A DNA stretch of 32,000 nucleotides from positions 1,050,001-1,082,000 of the forward strand of contig NC_017039.1 in assembly GCF_000284455.1 (NCBI RefSeq). The letters run 5' to 3'. The DNA comes from Synechocystis sp. PCC 6803 substr. PCC-P. GTDB taxonomy: Bacteria; Cyanobacteriota; Cyanobacteriia; Cyanobacteriales; Microcystaceae. The notes beneath the pieces are model-generated. The model made no database searches. It was not told the DNA's origin and saw nothing but the letters and a program-made list of their open reading frames with translations. Positions within the stretch are counted from its first letter, which is position 1, and the number at the start of each line of letters is the position of its first letter. Both the position numbers and the translations under genes were made by a program. Shown piece after piece: positions 1-8,791 of this stretch.

Positions 1-662
1 AAGGCAATCAATCCTTCGCTCCAACCCGGGCAGGTTAAATGGGCAGCGGCACAGAGGCGGGCATCTTCACTGGCTAGACTCCGGTTGTAATAGGCGGTCT
101 GGCCAATACTTTGTCTGACCTGTGGGCTGGCTAAAAAATTGGTTAGCCAACGGTCCAACGGTGGAAACATGAGCCGACTGGCAAAGGGTTGTTTCGCGAG
201 GCCAGCACTATCTATTAGCACTAGTTTTTTGACCCGTTCGGGAAAGCTGAGGCAAAAATCTAGGGCCACTGCTCCCCCCATGGATACCCCCACTAAGGTA
301 ATGGGTTCTTGAATAATTGTTTGCCAAAAGTGGTCTAGGTGAATTTTGATGTTGGCTGGGGTGGGTAGTAATATCTTGGATCTAGTTGTGAAACCAAATC
401 CCAGCAAATCAATGGCGATCGCCCGAAAATTTTTTTTGATTAGGGGCAGTAGGCGACGAAACTCCAACACCGAACTGTCAAAGCCATGTATAAAAAGCAT
501 GGGTTCCCCCTGGCCTTCATCCATATAGTTGGTGTCCACGGTGATGGCACTGGGGTGGTCTGGGCCATGGATGGTTAGGGAAACTTGTTGCATTTGTCGC
601 CAACATTCCCAGGAGGTTGCTTCAGTAAATGCCGGTGCGGGAAGGGTTAGGGAAGGAGTCAT
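1..662 (-). CDS. alpha/beta-fold hydrolase (N-terminal part; the C-terminus lies beyond the window start)
   Basis: Absent from the ORF track because it runs off the edge. The reverse complement from the ATG at 662 reads MTPSLTLPAPAFTEATSWECW...GEPMLFIHGFDSSVLEFRRLLP...ITLVGVSMGGAVALDFCLSFPERVKKLVLIDSAG. It has an HGF motif and a GxSxG nucleophile elbow (GVSMGG). Confidence 0.8.
   Translation of the reverse strand, partial: MTPSLTLPAPAFTEATSWECWRQMQQVSLTIHGPDHPSAITVDTNYMDEGQGEPMLFIHGFDSSVLEFRRLLPLIKKNFRAIAIDLLGFGFTTRSKILLPTPANIKIHLDHFWQTIIQEPITLVGVSMGGAVALDFCLSFPERVKKLVLIDSAGLAKQPFASRLMFPPLDRWLTNFLASPQVRQSIGQTAYYNRSLASEDARLCAAAHLTCPGWSEGLIA
415..422. repeat. HIP1 octamer GCGATCGC (example copy)
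   Basis: Read directly in ...aatGGCGATCGCCcg... Confidence 0.95.
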
Positions 663-714
663 ACTCAAATGGTGCTGGCTAAAAATGGCGATCGATAATT
701 GGGGTTAGGAGAAA

Positions 715-984
715 TTGGCCTACCCAAAAACCCCTGGGGAAGCCGTGGTAGGATTAGGCGAAAATAATCTCCCGACGAAAATTGGGGCGAAACTCACTAT
801 GGATTCAGGCAAAATCGTGGCCATTGTCACCGGTGCCATCTCAATTATTTTAGCTGTAGCGTATCTAGTTTTAGTACAAATTCTCGACTTTCGTGGCGAA
901 ATGGTGCCAGCGCCGATGGAAACCATGGGTCTGCTTACCCACATTACGGCGATCGCCAACGGCTCATTGTTGCCCTTTAGTTGA
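715..984 (+). CDS. small hydrophobic protein of unknown function; start uncertain (TTG at 715, or ATG at 799 giving MDSGKIVAIV...)
   Basis: The ORF contains one clear hydrophobic helix (IVAIVTGAISIILAVAYLVLVQIL). I recognise no family. Confidence 0.4.
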   Translation: MAYPKTPGEAVVGLGENNLPTKIGAKLTMDSGKIVAIVTGAISIILAVAYLVLVQILDFRGEMVPAPMETMGLLTHITAIANGSLLPFS

Positions 985-1066
985 GCATTGCCCGTTAGTT
1001 ATCCCCTAACCACGAACAGGGTCAGCTATAATCAGAACCGTACAAATCTTTACATTAAGCGTTGCC

Positions 1067-1333
1067 ATGGCTGTCTCGGCAAAAATTGAAATTTATACAT
1101 GGAGCACTTGCCCTTTTTGCATGAGAGCCCTGGCTTTATTGAAACGTAAAGGAGTAGAGTTCCAAGAATATTGCATTGACGGCGACAACGAAGCAAGGGA
1201 AGCCATGGCGGCAAGGGCCAACGGCAAAAGGAGCTTGCCCCAAATTTTTATTGACGACCAACACATTGGTGGCTGTGATGACATCTATGCCCTAGATGGT
1301 GCAGGCAAGTTGGACCCCCTGCTCCATAGTTAG
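1067..1333 (+). CDS. grxC: glutaredoxin (dithiol, CPFC active site)
   Basis: 88 aa. It has WSTCPFCMRA, then LPQIFIDDQHIGGCDD, the classic glutaredoxin fold signature. It lies directly upstream of gshB. Confidence 0.9.
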   Translation: MAVSAKIEIYTWSTCPFCMRALALLKRKGVEFQEYCIDGDNEAREAMAARANGKRSLPQIFIDDQHIGGCDDIYALDGAGKLDPLLHS

Positions 1334-1413
1334 GCTGGCTAATCTTATTCGTATATATATTATTTGTCTTCAACCATTACGGCTTCTGCCCCCATCCCAA
1401 GGATATTGACCCT

Positions 1414-2376
1414 GTGAAACTGGCTTTTATTATCGATCCCCTAGAAAAACTCGATCCGGGCCATGATTCCACCGTTGCCATCATGGAAGCGGCCCAAAAG
1501 TTGGGACACGAAGTTTTTGTCACATCAGTGGGGGATTTGGCCGTTATCAATGGCCAGGCCTGGGCTAAATTAGCGGCGGTACGCCTTCAGCCTGTGATTT
1601 TGGTCGATGGGCACTGGCAAGTTTCCCAACCTTGGTCCGAACTGTCCAAATCCCAGTGGATGGCCCTGACGGAATGCCAAGCAGTCTTTATGCGTAAGGA
1701 TCCGCCGGTGACCGTGCAATATCTCTACGCCACCTTCATTTTGGAGTTACTAGCCCCCACCAAGACCATGGTGATCAATTCCCCCCAGGGGCTACGGGAA
1801 GCCAATGAAAAAATGTACACCCTGCAGTTTGCTGCGGTGATGCCTCCCACGGTGGTTAGTTTGGACAAGGGCCTGATCCGCCAGTTTTTGGAAGAGCACG
1901 GGGCGGCAGTGTTAAAACCCTTGGGAGGTAAGGCCGGGGAGGGAATTTTGTTTCTCGATCCTGGCGATCGAAACTTCAACTCCCTGGTGGAGATTAGTAC
2001 CCAACATGGCAAAGAGCCGGTAATGGTACAGCGTTTTCTGCCAGAAGCGAAGGAAGGTGATAAGCGAATTATCCTGCTGGATGGTGATCCCATTGGAGCC
2101 GTCAATCGCATTCCCAGTGGAGCAGAATTCCGGGGCAATATGGCGGTTGGTGGTCAAGTGGCTCCCACTACCATTACCTCCAGGGAAATAGAAATTTGCG
2201 CTTTGCTAAAACCCAAATTGCAGGCTGACGGTTTATATTTTGTCGGTATTGATGTTATCGGAGGCTACCTAACAGAAGTCAATGTCACAAGTCCGACGGG
2301 GATCCGGGAGATTGATCGCCTTGAGGGAGTCCGCCTGGGAGAAAAAGTAATTTGCTGGTTGGAAAAACAATTTTAG
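1414..2376 (+). CDS. gshB: glutathione synthetase (ATP-grasp)
   Basis: 320 aa with a GTG start. The N-terminus MKLAFIIDPLEKLDPGHDST is typical of prokaryotic GshB. ATP-grasp motifs are present (KPLGGKAGEGI, GDKRIILLDG, EVNVTSPTG). Confidence 0.9.
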   Translation: MKLAFIIDPLEKLDPGHDSTVAIMEAAQKLGHEVFVTSVGDLAVINGQAWAKLAAVRLQPVILVDGHWQVSQPWSELSKSQWMALTECQAVFMRKDPPVTVQYLYATFILELLAPTKTMVINSPQGLREANEKMYTLQFAAVMPPTVVSLDKGLIRQFLEEHGAAVLKPLGGKAGEGILFLDPGDRNFNSLVEISTQHGKEPVMVQRFLPEAKEGDKRIILLDGDPIGAVNRIPSGAEFRGNMAVGGQVAPTTITSREIEICALLKPKLQADGLYFVGIDVIGGYLTEVNVTSPTGIREIDRLEGVRLGEKVICWLEKQF

Positions 2377-2698
2377 CCTGGGATCAAGACAGCTCAATCT
2401 CAGCAAGTTTGGTTAAAAAAAGATTATTAGTTGGGCGTTCAGTTATTTGAGCCACTATTTTAATCTTGTTTTTTCTTGATCCCTGACCTTTTTTGTTCCA
2501 TACCATACCATTATCTAAAGATTTTGTTACCTGTTAAGGTCGGGTGCTGTGTCAAACGTATCGATTTGTAAAACGAATATTAAGACAACCTGAAGAGAAT
2601 TTCCTTCCATCGGGGAGGTAAAGGCAGACAGAGTAACTGTTTAATGCGGATTTGCCCCCTTGGTTGAATAGGGCAAAATATAAACATCTAGAAAGTTC

Positions 2699-2738
2699 GA
2701 GCTGATATTTTTCAAAAAGAGCTGATATTTTTCAAAAA
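2699..2738. repeat. perfect tandem direct repeat, 2 x 20 bp (GAGCTGATATTTTTCAAAAA)
   Basis: Read directly: 2699-2718 and 2719-2738 are identical. The repeat ends 35 nt upstream of the ATG at 2773. Confidence 0.95.
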
Positions 2739-2772
2739 TTTTAACAACTGCCTAATTTCCCCACGCACCCCC

Positions 2773-3039
2773 ATGAAAACCGCTAACTTTATCACCTCAT
2801 CTTGTCGTTATTGCCGCTACTACCAGGCTGAAGGTAGGCGAGGCGGCACTTGCAGTCAACTCAATGTGCCAGTACAGGGACAGTGGAAGGCCTGTGCCCT
2901 AGCGGCAAAACCCTTTGCCGGTCCCTGGGAGAACCTCGAAGATGTGGTGTATTTAGAACATGCCTATGCTTTGACCAGTAAGGATGCTCTAGTGGAACAA
3001 TCGGCAGAAACGATCGCCACCGCAGCCGAAGCGGCCTAG
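2773..3039 (+). CDS. small Cys-rich protein of unknown function
   Basis: 88 aa with four Cys in the first 41 residues (CRYC...C...C). It is preceded by a long (~400 nt) intergenic region. I recognise no family. Confidence 0.55.
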   Translation: MKTANFITSSCRYCRYYQAEGRRGGTCSQLNVPVQGQWKACALAAKPFAGPWENLEDVVYLEHAYALTSKDALVEQSAETIATAAEAA

Positions 3040-3181
3040 ACAGCACAATTGGGGTAATGGACTCTTAAAGGGTGTTAAAGGTATTTGCCATAGTGGAGAC
3101 TGTTTTCGGGGAACTTTTGGGGTTAATTTTCCGACATAGTGCCATAGTAGGGCTGAACAGGGGAGCTTTGGTCTGATCAGC

Positions 3182-4009
3182 TTAGGGGAGCCAGGGATAT
3201 TGGCTAAAATCCGGGGGGCGTTTTTCCAGGAAGGCTTGTTTGCCTTCACTGCCCTCTTCTGTCATGTAATAAAGCAAGGTGGCGTTGCCCGCTAGTTCCT
3301 GTAATCCAGCCTGGCCGTCACAGTCGGCATTGAAAGCAGCTTTAAGACAGCGGATAGCCAGGGGACTTTTGCTCAAGATTTCCTTCGCCCATTGGATACC
3401 TTCTTCCTCCAGGCGATCGACGGGAACAACGGTGTTCACCATGCCCATGCGTTCTGCTTCCTGGGCAGAGTATTGGCGGCAAAGATACCAAATTTCCCTG
3501 GCTTTTTTTTGTCCCACAATGCGAGCTAAGTAACTGGAGCCAAAGCCTCCATCAAAACTCCCCACTTTTGGCCCGGTTTGGCCGAAAATGGCGTTATCTG
3601 CGGCAATGGTCAGGTCACACACCAAATGTAAAACGTGGCCACCACCAATGGCATAGCCAGCCACTAGGGCAATGACAACTTTGGGCATGGAGCGGATTAA
3701 CCGCTGTAAATCGAGCACATTGAGGCGGGGAGTTCCTTGGTCGTCGATATAACCCCCTTCTCCCCGGACAGATTGATCCCCACCGGAACAAAAGGCATAT
3801 TTGCCATCGCTGTGGGGCCCGGCTCCGGTTAGTAGTACAACCCCGATGCGGTTATCTTCCCTGGCGTTACAAAATGCGTCATAAAGTTCAAAAACGGTCT
3901 GGGGACGGAAGGCGTTGCGTTTATGGGGACGATTGATGACAATTTTGGCGATCCCCCCCGCTTTGTAATAGAGAATGTCGTCGTAATGTTTTGCAATGTG
4001 CCAATCCAT
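3182..4009 (-). CDS. menB: 1,4-dihydroxy-2-naphthoyl-CoA synthase (phylloquinone pathway, crotonase fold)
   Basis: 275 aa. [34 protein letters not shown] and [19 protein letters not shown] are characteristic MenB segments. Confidence 0.92.
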
Positions 4010-4209
4010 AGGTTCCCTCCTGAGCAGTCCTTACCCATCTTACGGGGACAGCGTAAAGGTTTGACCCAATTCCTATTCCATCAATAACCGACCGTTAAGG
4101 CTAATTTGTGAGTAAACAAATATAAAGCAATGCAAAGGATTGGCCCCAAACTTTGGCGATCGCCTTACTATGCAGATCAAGACCTCCGTGTTTACTTTGA
4201 TTTTTTTCC

Positions 4210-5802
4210 ATGACCATTGCCGCCCCTAAAACCACCGTTGCCCCTGAGATGAAGCCGACGACACCGAAAAAAATTGGTGTACCCAGGGAATCCTTTGACC
4301 AGGAATGCCGGGTGGCCATGACCCCCGATACAGCCCAAAAGCTGCAAAAATTGGGCTTTGATTTGTTGTTGGAAACGGGAGCGGGAGCAAAAGCGGATTT
4401 CGCCGATCGCCTTTATGAGTCCCTAGGCTGTGGCATTGTCGATGGTCGCCAAACCTTATTTGAGCAAGCGGACATTATCCTCAAAGTGCGGCCCCCTTCC
4501 CCGGCAGAGGTGGAGGAGTTACCGGCGGGGAAAGCCCTGATTAGTTTTATCTGGCCGGCCCAAAATCCCGAATTGCTGGAAAAATTGGCGGCGAAAAATA
4601 TCACTGTGCTGGCGATGGATGCGGTGCCCCGGATCAGTCGGGCCCAGAAATTGGATGCCCTCAGTTCCATGGCCAACATTGCCGGTTACCGGGCGATCAT
4701 TGAAGCGGCTAATCGTTTTGGGCGGTTTTTCACTGGACAGATCACTGCGGCGGGCAAAGTTCCCCCAGCAAAAGTTCTGGTCATTGGGGCCGGGGTAGCA
4801 GGGTTAGCGGCGATCGGGGCGGCCAAAAGCTTAGGGGCGATCGTGCGGGCCTTTGATACTCGCCCAGTGGTCAAAGAACAGGTGGAAAGTTTAGGCGGGG
4901 AATTTCTCCTGCTGGACTTTAAGGAAGACGGCACCGGGCAGGGGGGTTACGCCAAAGTAATGAGTGAAGAATTCATTGCGGCGGAAATGGCGTTATTTGC
5001 CGCCCAAGCCAAGGAAGTGGACATTATTATCACCACAGCGTTGATTCCCGGTCGTCCCGCCCCCAAATTGATTACTGAACCCATGGTCAAATCCATGCGG
5101 GCTGGTTCCGTAGTGGTGGACTTAGCGGCGGAGCAGGGGGGCAACTGTGAAGTTACTAAACCCGGCGAAGTTTATGAATATGAAGGGGTGACCATCATTG
5201 GCTACACTGATTTGCCCAGTCGCATGGCCAGTCAATCCAGTCAGCTTTACGGCACCAATCTCTGGCATTTGCTCAAGGATATGGGCGGCTCCGAAGCTTT
5301 CAAAGTGGATGTGGAAGATGAGGTTATTCGGGGAGCCTTGGTATCCCATGAAGGCAAGATTACTTGGCCACCGCCGAAGCTTAATCCCCCTAGTCCGGTG
5401 CAACCAGCTAAACCTACCGTGACCGTAGTGGAGAGTGAAGCCAAATCTGCTAAAAAATCCGGCTCCGGTAATTTTCTTTGGTTAGCCCTAGCGGCGATCG
5501 CCTTGGTGGGCATTGGTATCGGCGCACCTACTTCTTTTCTCTCCCATTTCACTGTGTTTGTGCTGGCCTGTGTGGTGGGTTGGCAGTTAATTTGGAATGT
5601 GGCCCCGGCATTGCACACCCCTTTGATGAGTGTGACCAACGCCATCAGCGGCATCATCATTATCGGTGGCATGTTGCAGATTTCCGGGCCATTGAATAGT
5701 CCCACCACTATCTTGGGGGCGATCGCCATTTTAGTGGGAACGATCAACATTGCCGGGGGATTTTTAGTTACCCAACGGATGCTGAAAATGTTTCGGAAGT
5801 AA
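4210..5802 (+). CDS. pntA: NAD(P) transhydrogenase subunit alpha (dI plus membrane helices)
   Basis: 530 aa. It has IGVPRE...RVAMTP, a Rossmann motif [22 protein letters not shown], and C-terminal transmembrane helices. An alternative start at the ATG at 4249 is possible. Confidence 0.92.
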   Translation: MTIAAPKTTVAPEMKPTTPKKIGVPRESFDQECRVAMTPDTAQKLQKLGFDLLLETGAGAKADFADRLYESLGCGIVDGRQTLFEQADIILKVRPPSPAEVEELPAGKALISFIWPAQNPELLEKLAAKNITVLAMDAVPRISRAQKLDALSSMANIAGYRAIIEAANRFGRFFTGQITAAGKVPPAKVLVIGAGVAGLAAIGAAKSLGAIVRAFDTRPVVKEQVESLGGEFLLLDFKEDGTGQGGYAKVMSEEFIAAEMALFAAQAKEVDIIITTALIPGRPAPKLITEPMVKSMRAGSVVVDLAAEQGGNCEVTKPGEVYEYEGVTIIGYTDLPSRMASQSSQLYGTNLWHLLKDMGGSEAFKVDVEDEVIRGALVSHEGKITWPPPKLNPPSPVQPAKPTVTVVESEAKSAKKSGSGNFLWLALAAIALVGIGIGAPTSFLSHFTVFVLACVVGWQLIWNVAPALHTPLMSVTNAISGIIIIGGMLQISGPLNSPTTILGAIAILVGTINIAGGFLVTQRMLKMFRK

Positions 5803-5828
5803 TTTTATTTTTTAATAGGAATTAAATT

Positions 5829-6368
5829 ATGGCCAGAAAATCAAAAGAATTTCAAAAATTATTTCACGAAGAAACCCATGCTGAGAAATCACCAAGAAGG
5901 GAGTCTACTTCTCAATCCATTAGAAAAAAGGAATTAGCGGCTTACGATCAATTCAAAAAAAAGCTTGAAAATGATGAGCACAATAAAGGCGCCACCTTTG
6001 TTAAAAATCCCAAAGGCATGAGAAAAATGTCTGAGGTTTTAGAGGAATTTGTCGCCCCCTTTATTGGTGATGAAGACTCCTATGAAGAAAGGGAATTTTT
6101 CTTTGAGCTAGCAATATTAGCCTGGAATTGTTCAGTATTCCCAGAAAGTGGGCGAGAAAAACTTATGGAAGCTTTTTTTACAGATTTGAGCAATCCCCTC
6201 GAGCCAGAAAGTATAGAAGCGACGCAGGATTTAAGAGTTTTTGTTGAGGAGTTAATTGAGCGCAAATTAGAAGTATTTCCTAAGGACAAAAGAATTATCC
6301 AAGATTTCCAATTAACTCAACATGAAGCCGGTTTCCACGTTGCTGTGTCCTACGTTATGGCTCGATAA
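5829..6368 (+). CDS. hypothetical protein (charged N-terminus, acidic helical C-terminal part)
   Basis: 179-aa ORF in AT-rich DNA. Its stop at 6366-6368 lies 5 nt before the next ATG (6374). I recognise no catalytic motif. Confidence 0.6.
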   Translation: MARKSKEFQKLFHEETHAEKSPRRESTSQSIRKKELAAYDQFKKKLENDEHNKGATFVKNPKGMRKMSEVLEEFVAPFIGDEDSYEEREFFFELAILAWNCSVFPESGREKLMEAFFTDLSNPLEPESIEATQDLRVFVEELIERKLEVFPKDKRIIQDFQLTQHEAGFHVAVSYVMAR

Positions 6369-6373
6369 ATCCC

Positions 6374-6721
6374 ATGCAAATTTCCCCAGCATTTAAATAT
6401 AAAGTTTCCATTGATCCAGGCAAAATTACTGCATTTTGTCAGCAATGGCAAATAACTGAGCTTGCCCTATTTGGTTCATTTCTCCGAGATGATTTTGATC
6501 TAGATAACAGCGACATTGACGTTTTGGTCTCTTTTGAGCCTAATGTTCCCTGGACAATCTTAGATCTGGTGGATATGGAAGATCAACTTCAACAAATTTT
6601 TGGTCGGAAGGTGGACTTAATGGAACGGTTAAGCATTGAGCAAAGCCAAAATCCACTGAGGAAAAAAGCAATTTTGGAATCTTTACAGGTCATTTATACG
6701 GAGTCGAGACTACAGATTTAG
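6374..6721 (+). CDS. minimal nucleotidyltransferase (MNT/MntA-type, antitoxin-like)
   Basis: 115 aa. FGSFLRDDFDLDNSDIDVLVSF matches the GS-x(9-11)-SDxDxxV pol-beta-type nucleotidyltransferase signature. The following RKVDL is typical of MNT proteins of HEPN-MNT modules. Confidence 0.8.
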   Translation: MQISPAFKYKVSIDPGKITAFCQQWQITELALFGSFLRDDFDLDNSDIDVLVSFEPNVPWTILDLVDMEDQLQQIFGRKVDLMERLSIEQSQNPLRKKAILESLQVIYTESRLQI

Positions 6722-6741
6722 TCCTAATAAGGCTTCAATAA

Positions 6742-6972
6742 ATGGACAAGAAACAAAAACTTTTAAGCAAAGCTAAAAATAATCCCCAAGGCCTCAGCTT
6801 TAGAGAATTTGAAAAGCTTTTAGAACTATCTGGTTGGCTTCTTGATCATCAAACTGGTAGTCACCGTATTTGGTACTCCTATGATAAGCATCGCTTGTCC
6901 GTTCAACCAACAAAAAATGGTCAAGCAAAAGCTTATCAAGTTAAGCAATTTCTCAATCTTCTTCAGGAGTGA
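6742..6972 (+). CDS. hicA: HicA-family mRNA interferase toxin
   Basis: 76 aa. FREFEKLLELSGWLLDHQTGSHRIW contains the conserved GSH motif of HicA/YcfA proteins. Its stop overlaps the start region of the next ORF. Confidence 0.75.
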   Translation: MDKKQKLLSKAKNNPQGLSFREFEKLLELSGWLLDHQTGSHRIWYSYDKHRLSVQPTKNGQAKAYQVKQFLNLLQE

Positions 6973-6974
6973 TT

Positions 6975-7199
6975 ATGACTGTTAGTAATATTTTTGATGG
7001 TTACACAATCAATCTTTTTCAGGATGAAGATGGGGATTGGTTAGCTTGCTTGGCGGAAATGCCCAATGTTTCAGCGTTTGCCGATTCTCCCCAAGCCGCT
7101 CTTGCTGAATTAGAAATTGCCTGGCAAGGGGTAAAGGAAAGCTATCACAAACACGGAGAGCCGATTCCCATCATTGAAAGGGTTTATGCAAAACCCTAA
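6975..7199 (+). CDS. hicB: HicB-family antitoxin (short form without an obvious DNA-binding domain)
   Basis: The ATG at 6975 is preceded by AGGAG (6965-6969). The track's GTG at 6969 is in the same frame and overlaps the hicA stop. YTINLFQDEDGDWLACLAEMPNVSAFADSPQAALAELEIAW is HicB/UPF0150-like. Confidence 0.7.
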   Translation: MTVSNIFDGYTINLFQDEDGDWLACLAEMPNVSAFADSPQAALAELEIAWQGVKESYHKHGEPIPIIERVYAKP

Positions 7200-7239
7200 T
7201 CCTTTACTTAAATTGATAACCAATTACCACTAAATTCTT

Positions 7240-8682
7240 ATGTCTAACAGTTTACAAACCGTGGCCTATGTGGCCGCCAGCATATTATTTATCTTCAGCC
7301 TGGGGGGCCTGGCCAATCAGGAAACTGCCCGGCGGGGAAATGTTTATGGCATTGCCGGCATGGCGATCGCCTTTTTAGCCACTGCTTTAGGGGGCGACTT
7401 TACTGGTTACACCACTCTGCTGGGGGCAATTTTACCTGCGGTGGTTATCGGCTCCCTGTTAGCCTCCCGAGTAGCCATGACTTCCATGCCGGAACTAGTG
7501 GCGATTTTGCACAGTTTTGTGGGTTTAGCGGCGGTTTTGGTAGGTATTGCCAATTACCTAGCCCCGGAAAATGGTTTAGCGGGTTCCGAAGCTTTTATCC
7601 ATCAAATTGAAATTTATGTAGGCGTATTCATTGGGGCTGTTACCTTCACCGGCTCCATCGTGGCCTTTGGCAAATTGCGGGCCATTATCAGCAGTAAACC
7701 ACTCATGCTCCCGGCTCGGCACTTCTTGAACATTTCCCTGCTGGTGGCTACGGTGATTTTCGGGGTGCAGTTTATGCAATTGAATAGCCCCGCTGGCTTG
7801 ACCCCCCTGTTAATCATGACCGCCATTGCCGGGGTGTTGGGTCTGCATCTCGTAGCGGCGATCGGGGGGGCAGATATGCCGGTGGTCATTTCCATGCTCA
7901 ACAGCTATTCTGGCTGGGCGGCGGCGGCGGCGGGCTTTATGCTCTCCAATGATCTACTGATCATCACTGGGGCGTTGGTGGGAAGCAGTGGCGCAATTTT
8001 GAGCTACATCATGTGTAAGGCCATGAACCGTTCTTTTATCAGCGTTATCCTGGGTGGTTTTGGCGAAGGTTCTAGTGCTGCTTCCAAAGGGCCAGCCCAG
8101 GAGGTAATTGGTACAGTCACTAAAACTAGTGCGGAAGAAGTCGCGGAGGAATTGCTCGATGCCCAGAGCGTGATCATTACCCCCGGTTACGGTATGGCGG
8201 TGGCCCAAGCTCAACATCCCGTGGCAGAAATTACCAAATTACTCAAGGAAAAGGGTGTTAAGGTCAGGTTTGGCATTCATCCTGTCGCTGGTCGTTTGCC
8301 TGGCCACATGAACGTTCTGTTAGCGGAAGCCAATGTGCCCTACGACGTAGTGCTGGAAATGGACGAAATTAATGAAGATTTCCCCGAAACCGATGTGGTG
8401 CTAGTGATTGGCGCCAATGACACGGTGAACCCCAGTGCTTTGGAAGATCCCACCAGTGCGATCGCCGGAATGCCGGTGTTGGAAGTGTGGAAAGCCAAAC
8501 AGGTGGTGGTGATGAAACGGAGCATGGCTTCCGGTTATGCTGGGGTAGAAAATCCTTTGTTTTATAAGGAAAATACCCAAATGCTGTTCGGCGATGCCAA
8601 GAAAAATGTCGATGCCATTTTGACCCAAATGCGGGCTAAGGATGAGGTGGGCAGTGGCGATAAGGTTCTAGTTTCCGTTTAG
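7240..8682 (+). CDS. pntB: NAD(P) transhydrogenase subunit beta
   Basis: 480 aa. It has N-terminal polytopic membrane helices and a C-terminal dIII domain ([43 protein letters not shown]). Confidence 0.92.
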   Translation: MSNSLQTVAYVAASILFIFSLGGLANQETARRGNVYGIAGMAIAFLATALGGDFTGYTTLLGAILPAVVIGSLLASRVAMTSMPELVAILHSFVGLAAVLVGIANYLAPENGLAGSEAFIHQIEIYVGVFIGAVTFTGSIVAFGKLRAIISSKPLMLPARHFLNISLLVATVIFGVQFMQLNSPAGLTPLLIMTAIAGVLGLHLVAAIGGADMPVVISMLNSYSGWAAAAAGFMLSNDLLIITGALVGSSGAILSYIMCKAMNRSFISVILGGFGEGSSAASKGPAQEVIGTVTKTSAEEVAEELLDAQSVIITPGYGMAVAQAQHPVAEITKLLKEKGVKVRFGIHPVAGRLPGHMNVLLAEANVPYDVVLEMDEINEDFPETDVVLVIGANDTVNPSALEDPTSAIAGMPVLEVWKAKQVVVMKRSMASGYAGVENPLFYKENTQMLFGDAKKNVDAILTQMRAKDEVGSGDKVLVSV

Positions 8683-8738
8683 TTAGCTGACCTCAATGGG
8701 GACTTCTAACCCTAGGGGAGAGCTGAATACTTAATAAT

Positions 8739-8768
8739 GGGGAGGGGAATATTCGTCTCCCTTTTTTG
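8739..8768 (+). terminator. candidate intrinsic terminator after pntB
   Basis: GGGAG (8740-8744) pairs with CTCCC (8757-8761), followed by a T6 run (8762-8767). The stem is short, so this is tentative. Confidence 0.45.
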
Positions 8769-8791
8769 TTTGTCTATCATCTAGTTTTGCC

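Noticed and set aside
346-528. 60-aa plus-strand ORF
   Set aside because: It lies entirely antisense to the well-supported alpha/beta hydrolase CDS (1-662, minus) and is a shadow ORF with no motif.
1725-2157. 137-aa and 81-aa minus-strand ORFs inside gshB. Similar antisense or alternate-frame ORFs occur inside pntA (4413-5750), pntB (7576-8628), the pmbA-like gene (8953-9561), ileS, the cytochrome gene, mncA (22563-22876) and glgP (24281-25887).
   Set aside because: All lie within long CDSs that carry family-specific motifs. They are short and lack recognisable motifs, so they are treated as spurious.
4101-4319. 72-aa minus-strand ORF overlapping the pntA start
   Set aside because: It overlaps the 5' end of the strongly supported pntA CDS in antisense and has no motif. 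It is a likely shadow ORF in the divergent menB/pntA promoter region.
5728-7364. Absence of HIP1 octamers across the pntA-pntB islet as evidence of foreign origin
   Set aside because: HIP1-free gaps of 3-4 kb also occur in clearly native parts of the window (for example about 957-4155 and 9135-13085). A 1.6-kb gap is not informative, so only base composition is used.
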